From positions 417,832 to 481,831 of the forward strand of contig CAVSGI010000014.1 in the NCBI GenBank assembly GCA_963727445.1: DNA of 64,000 nucleotides, read 5' to 3'. Made by a program: the position numbers and the translations under genes. Of this stretch, positions 20,604 to 30,506 are shown piece by piece (position 1 is the stretch's first letter; the number at the start of each line of letters is the position of its first letter). Source of the stretch: an uncultured delta proteobacterium. GTDB taxonomy: Bacteria; Myxococcota_A; Polyangia; Polyangiales; B10-G4. Below the pieces are notes generated by a model. That model worked only from the letters and a program-made list of their open reading frames with translations, was not told where the DNA came from and made no database searches.

Positions 20604-21233
20604 GTGAGGGGACGATTCGTAGCAACGCTCTTCGTGGCGCTCTTGGCAGCGATGGGCTGCAGCGCCCAGGTGGACTCGGTCGGAGGTGATCTGGTGACCC
20701 GCCAGACCCGCTTCGACTTCACGGTCAAGGCGGACCGGGACCTCTTCGCGGAGGATGGGGTGGAATTCACGGGCAGCGTGGGTCCCTACGCGGTCTACAA
20801 CGTGACCAGCGAAAACCCGCGACTCGTGGGCCCGAGGGTCACGCATGACCGGGTCCGCGACGGGATGGTGATGCTCTGCGGCGCGAGCAACTACTTCGCG
20901 CCGATCCGCGACGCCGCGGATACCGACATCACGGTCCTTGGAGGCGCCACGGGCGAAGACGAGATCGTCAGCGCGCGAACCGAAGCGCTGATGTTCGACG
21001 ATTGCTCCGAAGCGGATGACTCGTTCTCGACGCGGCCCGACACCGAGCCGTCGGAGGCCGAGCTCTTCCTGGTGGACGGGGAGCAGATCGTGATCGATTG
21101 GCTCCCGGCGCCAGAGATCGGCTCGCAGGTGCTGATCCGCATCGCCTCGCTCTCCGAAGCTGCGCGCGATCACAACGACTCCCACGTCATTCCGACGGTC
21201 TGCTGCGACGGCAGCTTCTGCACCCTCGAGTGA
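20604..21233 (+). CDS. Hypothetical lipoprotein
   Basis: GGAGG upstream; lipobox LAAMGC; C-terminus VCCDGSFCTLE. Start approximate. Confidence 0.65.
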   Translation: MRGRFVATLFVALLAAMGCSAQVDSVGGDLVTRQTRFDFTVKADRDLFAEDGVEFTGSVGPYAVYNVTSENPRLVGPRVTHDRVRDGMVMLCGASNYFAPIRDAADTDITVLGGATGEDEIVSARTEALMFDDCSEADDSFSTRPDTEPSEAELFLVDGEQIVIDWLPAPEIGSQVLIRIASLSEAARDHNDSHVIPTVCCDGSFCTLE

Positions 21234-21237
21234 GACG

Positions 21238-22314
21238 ATGAACGCCGGGATCCCCCGCTCGGCGACGCAGCGTCTGATGAGGCCACTGCTCGCTCTTCAC
21301 CTTCCCCTCTTCGTCCTCGCCGGATGCGCCGGCGTGGGCACGACCGAGCAGGCCCAGGTCGCGACTCAACCCGGCGCGGAGATGGTGCGCCTCGCGCCCC
21401 TCGACGGCTGCTGCTCCATCGTGATCGGCAGCCCCATCCGCGGCCAGCTCGACGTGTTCAATCCGCGCGCGATCGAGATCGGCTCCTTCCTCTCCGGTCA
21501 GCGCGGCGCCTCGGACCTCGAGCTCGGCAGCGTCGGCGGCCGGCCGGTGATCTTCGTCAACGGTGAGGGCTCCGAGATCAGCATGATCACCAACGACCTG
21601 TCGGATGCCCAGCGGCTGCGCCGACCCAATCAGATCATGGAAGGGGACGAGATCGGGGCCATGGCCGCCGGTGACCTCGACCTCGACGGGATGGACGAGC
21701 TGGTGGTGGCGCGCGGCGACGGCCTGCGCGTGATCGACCGCCTGGAGATCGCGCTCTTCGCCGACCCGGAGAACGTGCCGGACCTCGAGCGAGATGGCCT
21801 GCCCGATGGATTTCGAGCGACGGACGTCGCGGTCGCCGAGCTCAACGGAGATGCCGCACCCGAAGTCGTCGCCCTGAGGGCGGACGGATCGGACGCGCGG
21901 ATCTGGGAGAGTCCCGGCTTCGACCGCGAGGGCGGCCCGCCGCACCAGGACGTCTCCCTCGGGGCGCGCGGCCTCGAGCTCGCCACCACCGGTTGCGAGA
22001 CGGGGCCCAACACCTTCGCGCGGCTCGAGACCGGCGAGGTGGTCGTCGTGACGATGGACGGCGCGAGCCCCCTGCCCACGGCACCGGACGCGGTCGACAT
22101 CGTGTCCTCTTCGGACGCTTTGGTGGTCGTCTACGGCGACGGAAGCGCGACGCTTCACGACGGGTGCGGCGGCGGCGGGATGGACCTCGGCATCGATCTG
22201 ACCAACGCGGTCGACCTCCACCTCACGCGTCGCCTCCTCGACGGACGGCGCCTCGCCGTGGTGCGGGACGACGGACAGAGCGTCGAGCTCTACCAGGTCC
22301 AGAGCGGCTTCTAA
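21238..22314 (+). CDS. Lipoprotein with FG-GAP-like repeats
   Basis: Lipobox VLAGC; AGDLDLDGMDELVV and VAELNGDAAPEVV motifs. Confidence 0.7.
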   Translation: MNAGIPRSATQRLMRPLLALHLPLFVLAGCAGVGTTEQAQVATQPGAEMVRLAPLDGCCSIVIGSPIRGQLDVFNPRAIEIGSFLSGQRGASDLELGSVGGRPVIFVNGEGSEISMITNDLSDAQRLRRPNQIMEGDEIGAMAAGDLDLDGMDELVVARGDGLRVIDRLEIALFADPENVPDLERDGLPDGFRATDVAVAELNGDAAPEVVALRADGSDARIWESPGFDREGGPPHQDVSLGARGLELATTGCETGPNTFARLETGEVVVVTMDGASPLPTAPDAVDIVSSSDALVVVYGDGSATLHDGCGGGGMDLGIDLTNAVDLHLTRRLLDGRRLAVVRDDGQSVELYQVQSGF

Positions 22315-24048
22315 CCGACGTCGGTGACGCGGAGCTCGACGGCGCCACCACCGACCCACGAGTCGAGGCGCACGTGCCCGGCGACGTCGACGCGTTTGCC
22401 GATCGCTTCCGCGCGATGGCCGAGCTGATAGCCGAAGCCGCGGAGCGTCTGCGGCCCGACCCGAAGCCGCAGCTTGAGGTGCGCGCCCTCGTCTCCCACC
22501 GCTTGAACCGACAGGACCTGGGCGTCGGGGATCAGATAGAGGGGTTCGGGATTCTTCTCGCCCACGGGCTCGAGCATCAGCACGTCGTCGGCCGTCGGGA
22601 CGCGGTACACGCTTCCGTCGAGCGCGACGTCGGCCCGCCGGGGCGCTGCCGGAGGTAGATCGGCGAAGAGGCGGCGGGTCGCGTCGGCGAAATCGGCGCG
22701 AAACGCTTCGACGCGTGAGGCGGAGAGCGTCAGGCCCGCCGCGGCCTGATGACCGCCGAACTTGTCGAGGGACGCGCGCGCCGCGAAGACCGCATCGTAG
22801 AGTGGGAAGCCATCGGGCGCGCGGCAGCTGCCGTGCCCTACCCCGTCGCCCGTACCGATGACCACCACTGGCACGCCGAAGCGGTCCACCAGGCGCGCAG
22901 CGCTGATGCCCACCACGCCGCGATGCCACCCCTGCCCCGCGACCACCACGCCGGTTTCGGGTGCGTCGCCGTAGACGTCGAGGACCTGCTGGATCGCCTC
23001 TCTCGGTGACGCGTCGCTCCACTTCCTTGCGCTCGTCGTTGACGCGCTCGATCGCCTCGGCGTGGCGCGCCGCTTCCTCGGGGCTCTTCGCGCGCAGGAG
23101 CGCGAGGGTGACCGTGGGATCGGCGAGGCGGCCCGCCGCGTTCAGGCGCGGCGCGAGGCGAAAGGCGACGTCCGTCGCGCCCATGGTGCCGACGACCTTG
23201 GCGACATCGCGAAGCGCGACGACGCCCGGGCGACCCGTGGGCTCCGAGAGCAGACGCAATCCCGCGCGCGTGAGGCGGCGATTGTCGCCGTCGAGGGGCG
23301 CGACGTCGGCGATGGTGCCCATCGCCACCAGATCCATCCAAGGTCTGCAGATCGAGCTTCGCCCCGACCTCGGCGCGCACCGCCGCGCCCACCGAGAGCG
23401 CGAGCCCGGCGCTGCAGAGCCCCTTGTAGGCGAAGCCGCACTCCGGCCGGTGCGGGTTCAAGAAGGCGAAGGCCGGCAGCGGCTCGGCGGGGACGAGGTG
23501 GTGGTCGACGACGATCACGTCCACGCCGCGCTTCTTCGCTTCGGCGATGCGGGCGTGATCGCTCGAGCCGCAATCGCAGGTGACGATCAGCGTCGCCCCC
23601 GAGTCGAGGCAGCGCGCGAGAGCCTGGTCGCTGAACCCGTATCCGCCCTGAAACCGATTCGCCACGAAGCCGGCGACGTCACCCCCGAGCGCTTCGAGGA
23701 CGTCGCAGGTGATGGCGGCGCTGGTGGTCCCGTCGACGTCGTAGTCGCCGAAGACCGCGATGCGCTCTTTGCTCTCGATGGCGCGGCCCAGGCGCTCGGC
23801 CGCCGCGCCACGGTCCGCCATCTCGTCGGGTCGGGTGAGGCCGGAGAGGCGGGGCGAGAGGAAGTCCTTGGCGAGGGCCTCCTCCCCGAGCCCGCGGCTC
23901 AACAGGATCTGCCCGAGCGCGGCTCCCACCCCGACCGCGCGCCGAGCTCCCGTGCGGCATCGGGATCCTGCGGGAGGACCCCGATGTCGCTGGCCCGACC
24001 GCCCTCGTGCGGGGCTTTTGGGACGCGACTGACCCGGACAGGCTCCAC
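22311..24048 (-). CDS. recJ: ssDNA-specific exonuclease RecJ (apparent frameshifts)
   Basis: GDYDVDGTTS, TCDCG, VDHH, GTIADVAPL, APRLNAAGRL, HRGVVGI, GGHQAAAG across four ORF pieces. Confidence 0.93.
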
Positions 24049-24058
24049 CCGATTCGCT

Positions 24059-25192
24059 TCAGCGCTTGCCGCGGCTGAAGAACTGCTGGTCCATCCACTC
24101 GGTCGCGGCGCGGCGACGTAGATGGAGGAGTAGGTCCCGATCAGGATGCCGATGAAGAGCGCGAAGGAGATGTCGCGGATGACCGTCGTGCCCCAGATGA
24201 AGAACGCCGACACCGACAGGAGCGTCGTGCCCGAGGTGACGATGGTGCGCGAGAGCATCTGCGAGGTGCTGATGTTGATCACCTCGTGGAGGCTCTTGTC
24301 GCTGAGCGCCCCATGTTCTCGCGGATCCGGTCGTAGACGACGATCGTGTCGTTGATCGAGTAACCTGATGATCGTCAAGCAGGGCCGCGATGGTCGTCAG
24401 GTTGAACTCCTTCTGAAGCAGGACGAAGATGCCGACGGTGATGATCGCGTCGTGCATCATCGCCATCACGCCGCCCGGCGCGAAGCGCAGGTCGAAGCGG
24501 AAGGCGACGTACACCATGATGAAGGCGATGGCGTAGAGCAGGGACTTGATGGCCGCGTCGCGGAGCTGCTGGCCCGCCTTGGGGCCGACCCACTCCACGC
24601 GGCGGGGCTCTTCGGGGCCGCGCTCGCCCGAGATCCTCGTCGAGCTGGCGGACGACCTCGTCGCCCACGCCGACCAGCTGCGCCTCGTAGCGATGGTCCT
24701 CGGACTGGCCGAACTGGTTCACACCGCGAACGCGGACGCCCGCGCTGGCGAGCGCCTTCGAGGAGCTGCGGGTCGACGTTGTCGCCGAGGCGGAAGCGAG
24801 ATCTTGTCGCCGCCGGGCGAGACGTCCATGTCGTCGAGGGAGACGTCGCCGAGGGCCGCCGAGACGGCCGACTGGATCGACTCGCATCTGCTCGTCGGGG
24901 AGCGCCGAGACCTCCTGGACGCGGACGATGTACTCGTCGGCTCGAACCCGGACGCTGACCACGTCCGGGCGGTGGTAGCCGCGCTCCTCGAGGGTCTGAC
25001 GAACCTCGCTCGCGGGGACGTCGCCGCGGAAGACGACCTGCAGCTCGGTGCCGCCCAGGAAGTCGGTGCCGTAGTTCGGGCCGGGGAAGAAGAGGGACAC
25101 GAGGCTCGCGACCACCAGCAGCAAGGAAACGCCGATGACGGCTTTCCGGTGGCGCATGAAGTCGATGTAAGGCCGGGCTTGACGAACTCCAT
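24059..25192 (-). CDS. secF: Protein translocase subunit SecF (apparent frameshifts)
   Basis: MEFVKPG, GTDFLGGTEL, YVAFRFD, HDAIITVG, LSRTIVTSGTT, GTYSSIYVA. Confidence 0.92.
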
Positions 25193-25196
25193 GGCT

Positions 25197-27027
25197 TCAC
25201 CCGACCCTCAGGCGCGAGACCCGGAGGCCACGGACCAGCCAGTCGAACATCACCTTCGAGCAGAACACCCCCGTGAAGAGCGACGTCACGATGCCGATCA
25301 TCAGCGTCACCGCGAAGCCCTTGATGGGCCCGGTGCCGTACTGGAAGAGGACCACGCCCGCGATGAACGTCGTGAGCTGGCTGTCGAAGATCGACCAGAA
25401 GGCTCTGCCGAAGCCCTGATCGACCGCCGCGCGCGGTGACTTGCCGAGGCGCAGCTCCTCGCGGATGCGCTCGGTGATCAGCACGTTCGCGTCCACCGCC
25501 ATACCGACCGTGAGCGCGATCCCCGCGATGCCCGGCAACGTCAGTGTCGCCTCGAAGGCCGCCATGATGGCGAACAGGAAGAGCAGGTTCAGCACCACCA
25601 TCACGTCCGCGACGATGCCCGCGACCTGGTAGTAGACGAGCATGAAGAGCAGCACGAGACAGACGCCGATGACGGCGCCCTGGGCGCCCTGCCTGACCGA
25701 GTCGCGGCCGAGCGTCGGGCCGATGAGCTGCTCGTTCGCGGGATGATCGGCGCGGGCAGCGCGCCCGCCCGGAGCACGATGACCAGGTCGTTCGCCTCGT
25801 TGAGCAGCTGTTGTAGTCGCGGAAGCCGCCGAGTGTGATCTGGCCGCGACCGCCGCCGATGCGGCCGTGGATGACCGGCGCGACTCGACGCGTTGTCGAG
25901 GACGATGGCCATGCGCCGCTTGACGTTCTCGCCGGTCATGCGGCCGAAGGATCGGCGCCCTCGCCGTTGAACTGGAGCTGCACCACCGGGCGGCTGCTGA
26001 TCCTGCGAGTCGTAGCCGACGTAGGCGTCGTCGACGTCCTCACCCGTGACCTCGGTCGTGTCGAAGACGTAGTACGTGCGCCACGCCTCTCGTTCTGCTC
26101 GCCCGGCTCGCTCTTTTCGTAGGAGCCGATCATCAGCTCGCGGCCGTCCGGCACATCGAGGGTCTCGATGAAATCCTGGAGCTTCTGCCGTGAGTCGGGC
26201 CCGGTCGCGACGAGGAAGGTGCCGACCACGCTCGGCCGGCTCTCGCCCGCCGACACGGTCTCGCGCTCCTTCTCGATCCCTCCGGAAGATCCGTCAGGTC
26301 GGCCACGAAGGTCGACTCGTCGTCGACACCTTGAACTCGAGGCGCGCGGTCTGGCTGATGACCTCGCGGATGCGGTCGAAGCTCTCCTGGATCGGCGCCC
26401 GGGACCTCGACGATGATGTCCTCGCCCCGGCCGATGACCGTCATCTCGCGGACCTGCATCTCGTCGACGCGGTTCTTGATCGTCTCCTGACCGCCTGCTC
26501 GACGGCGACGTCGCGAAGCGCGTCGATGCGCTCCTCGCGGATCACGAGGTCGATGCTGATCGCCCTGGGCCGAGCCCATCGCGCAGATCGCGGGAAGTAC
26601 TCCTGGACCCGGTCGCGATCGACGAGCTCGACGTCCGCGGCGTCGCTGAAGGTCAGCCGAATCCCCGAGTTGCCGACGCGATGCGCCTGCACGTGCTGGC
26701 GGATCTCCGTCGAGCTGCTCGCGGGAGACCTCGTCCCACTCGTCCTCTTCGATCGATCGAGGAGCACACCGACGCGGCGAAGGAGGCGATCCGCCTCCCG
26801 ATCACGACGGTCGCGCACCGCTTCGTCGACCTCGACCTCGTACATCAGCCGCAGGCCGCCCTGGATGTCGAGCCCGGGGCTGATGCGGCCCGAGAACGTG
26901 TCCCTCACCCACGGCGGTGCCGCGGGAAATCCTTCGAATGCCAAGTCGAGGCTCGGCCAGAGCGCCAGAAACGCGGCGACGACCAGAGTCACGACGACCT
27001 GAAGCGTACGTACCAGCCTCTATCCAT
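25197..27027 (-). CDS. secD: Protein translocase subunit SecD (many apparent frameshifts)
   Basis: PGLDIQGG, IIVEVPG, MAIVLD, LRAGALPAP, TLPGIAGIALTVGMAVDANV, GPIKGFAVTL. Confidence 0.92.
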
Positions 27028-27040
27028 GACTCACGGGCCC

Positions 27041-27477
27041 TCAGCCCTCGTCCTCCTCGGTCTTCTTCTTGTCGTCGCCCTTGCCCTTCTTGTCCTGGGC
27101 CTCTTTCAAGGCCGCGGGGTCGGGCTCGGGTCCCGCGATGTTCGCGCGGAGCACGTTGATCTTCGTCTTGTTGTCGGGGATCAGCAGCACCGCCTCGCGC
27201 TCGTCGATCGAAAGATCTCGCCGAGGATGCCGCCCGTGGTGCGCACCTTCACGCCTTTGCGCAAGGCTTTGAGCATGGAGTCCTGCTCCCGCTGCCTCTT
27301 CTGCTGAGGGCGGATGAGCATGAAGTAGAAGATGAGCATCATCACGAGGATCATGCCCATCTGACCCTCGCAGCCCATGCCGCCGCCGGGCGCCGCGCCG
27401 GCCCCTCCCCCGCCGCCACCACCGCCGGTGGCTTCGGGCTGAAAGAGCTCGAGGAGTGAGAAGAGGAAGGCGTGCAC
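27041..27477 (-). CDS. yajC: Preprotein translocase subunit YajC (frameshift near 27210)
   Basis: IFYFMLIRPQQKRQRE...LRKGVKVRTTGGILG; first gene of yajC-secD-secF. Confidence 0.9.
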
Positions 27478-27598
27478 CGGAAACCCTTGGAAGTTCCTAG
27501 GCAAAAGGGGCGCTCGTGCGCCCCGGAAAAAGGCCCGCTTTACTAGCCCATGGCCCCCCCTCCGTCAACCGTGGCAGGATCGCCGCGATCTGGAGCCC

Positions 27599-30506
27599 AT
27601 GGGAGAGGTAGACGCGGTACTGAGGGCCCTCGAGGCGCTGCCGTCGTCTCCCCCTCGGGCGGAGGCGGAGAGGCTGGTTCGCGCCCTCTTCGAAGAGGCC
27701 CCCGGCTTGTGGCCGCTCCTGGCCCGTGACCCCACCCTGGCTGCGGAGATCCTGCAGATTCCGCTCTCTCGCGACCGCGAGCGCGCCGATCTCAGACGGG
27801 CGCTGAGCGCGTGGACCGAGGGGCGAGGAGACAGCCCGGAGCTGCTCGCGGCGCTCCGGCGCTTCCGTCACCGGGAAGTGCTGCGCATCGGCGCGCGGGG
27901 AGATCCTCGGTCTCGCCGACGTCGATCAGACCAGCGCCGAGATGGCGTTCCTCGCGTCGGAGTCCATCGAGGCGGCCCTGCGAGAGGTGACCCGGACCGT
28001 GCGCGAGGAGCAGGGGAGCGCGCGAAGCGCAGAGGGCGCGCTCATCCCTCAGGTCGTCCTCGGGATGGGCAAGCTCGGGGGCGGCGAGCTGAACGTCGAC
28101 TCCGACGTCGACCTCTGCTTCTTCTACGAGACCGACGAAGGGCGCGTGGGCGACGCCGACGACGTCACCGTGCACGAGCACTTCTCGAAGATCGCGTCGC
28201 GCACGGCCAAGGCGCTGTCGGAGGTGACGGAGGCCGGCTTCGCCTTCCGCGTCGACCTGCGCCTGAGGCCCGAGGGGAGCCGCGGGCCGCTCGTCAACTC
28301 CCTCGCCAGCGCCGAGCGCTACTACACGACTTACGGGCGCACCTGGGAGCGCGCAGCGCTCTTGCGCGCGCGACCGGTCGCCGGCGACCCGACCTTCGGC
28401 GACGAGCTCTTGCTGACGATTCGCCCTTTCATCTTTCGGCGCGACGGTCGATCCACGGGTCGCCGCGGCGATGGGAGACATGCTCGCGAAGTCGCGCAGA
28501 GAGCTGAAGGTCGACCCGGAGCGCGACGTGAAGCTCGGCCACGGCGGCATCCGCGAGGCGGAGTTCTTCATCCAGGGCCTGCAGCTGGTCTGGGGCGGTC
28601 GTCACCCCGAGCTTCAAGTACCGGGAACCATCGAAGCTGCGCGAAGGCTCCTCGCCCTCGGCCTGTTGACGGAGCGCGAGGAGCGCTCCCTCGAGTCGGC
28701 CTGGGCGCTCCTTCGTCGCGTCGAGCATCGCGTCCACATCCAGAGCGCGTATCAGACCCACGCGATCCCCGAGCGCGGGCCGCCGCGCGATCGATTCGCC
28801 CGCTCTCTCGGATACGAAGACGAGGCCGCCTTCGAGCGTGCTCTCGGCGCCGCGCGCTCCGACGTGAGTGTGCTCTTCGCATCGCTCACCGAGGAGGAGA
28901 GCGATGCGTCTCCGGCGCTGGCGGCGCTCTGTGACCGCGTGGCTGCGGGTCGCGACCGCGGCGGAGATCGCCGAAGAGGTCTCCGCCGTGCTGCCCACCG
29001 CGGATCCGGACGAGGCCGCGGCGCACCTGCTCCGGCTCGGGCGCCGATCGCAGAGTCCCGCTCGGTCCGCTCGCGCGCAAGGAGCGTCCCGATCTCGGTC
29101 CGTCGATCCTCGCCGAAGCGGCGGAGAGCGCAGACCCCGACGCCGCGCTGCGTTACCTCGCCGAGCTCTTCTCGCGTCTCGGCGAATCGTCGGGGCTGGC
29201 TCGCTTTCTCCAAGCGGACCCGCGGATGACGCGCCGGCTGATCTTTCTCTTCGGCGCGAGCGGAAGCCTCTCGGAGTCGTTGGTGCAGCGGCCGGAGCTG
29301 ATCCACGAGCTCCTGCTCCGGCGAGGCGCGCCCGACCTCGCCGAGATCGCGGCAGTGCACGGCGCGCCACCTCTGCACTGGCTCGCCGAACGCCCGGATC
29401 CCGAGAGCTTCGTCGAAGCGCTCCGCACCGCGCGCGCGAGCCTCGAGGTGTCGATCGGGATCGTGACCGTCGCGGGCGACCTCGCACAGAGCGAAGCGGA
29501 GGCGCTGCTCACCGCGACCGCCGAAGCGCAGGTGAACGCCGCTCTCTCATTCGCGCTCGCGGAGCAGCAAGCGCGGTTCGGAGCGCCCGAATCCTCCGAC
29601 GCGGGGCTGTTGGTGCTGGGCCTCGGCAAGCTCGGCGGCAAAGAGCTCGGCTTCGGCGGCGACCTCGACCTGGTCTTCGTCTTTCGCGGTGAGGGGGAGA
29701 CGGTGCCCCCCGAGGGCGGGCGCTCTGTGAGCGTGGGCGAGCTCTACACCCGCGCCGCGCAGCGCACACTGAGGCTCCTCGAAGAGCCGAGCGCCTTCGG
29801 GCGCGGCTATCGCACCGACGCGCGCCTCAGGCCGAGCGGCGCACAGGGAATGCTGGTGGTCTCCCTCGAGGCCTTCGATCGCTACCAGCGCGAAGAGGCC
29901 GCGCCCTGGGAGCGCCAGGCGCTGACCCGCGCGCGGCCCATCGCGGGCCACACGGCGCTCGCGGAGCAGGCCCGCGCCATCGTCGAGCGCCACGCTTTCC
30001 TTTCCGGCGCGCCCCCCGGCGAGCAGGTCGCCGAGATGCGACGGCGGATGGAGGTCGAGCTTGCTGGGGAAGGGCCCGGTCGATACCATCCAAAGCTCGG
30101 CTACGGCGGGCTGGTCGACGTCGAGTTCGTCGTGCAGTGGCTCTCGATGCGTCATGGTGACGACCCCACTGTCCGACTCGCGAACACCCGACAAGCGCTG
30201 GCCGCGCTACGGACGGGCGGATACTTGAGCGAAGACGACGCCCACATCCTGGAATCGGGCCAGGCCTTCTTCCGGAGCGTCGGCCAGGCTCTCGCGCTCC
30301 TGGACGACACGGCCGAGCCCCTGGTCTTCGAGGGCGGCCGCCACGCCGACCGCATCGTGCGACGGCTGGGGCTTCGCGATCGGGACGGGGCGCATGCGAG
30401 CGAGGTCCTCTTCACCACCTGGCGCGCCCACGCCAGCGCGGTGCGCGAAGTCTTCGAACGCATCGTCGCGCCCGTGGGAACGACGCCCCCGTGGGAGGCT
30501 CGATGA
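27599..30506 (+). CDS. glnE: Glutamine synthetase adenylyltransferase (apparent frameshifts)
   Basis: Two nucleotidyltransferase halves: GMGKLGGGELNVDSDVDL...RVDLRLRPEG...WERAAL and GLGKLGGKELGFGGDLDL...DARLRPSG...WERQAL; KLGHGGIRE and KLGYGGLVDVEF. Confidence 0.93.
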
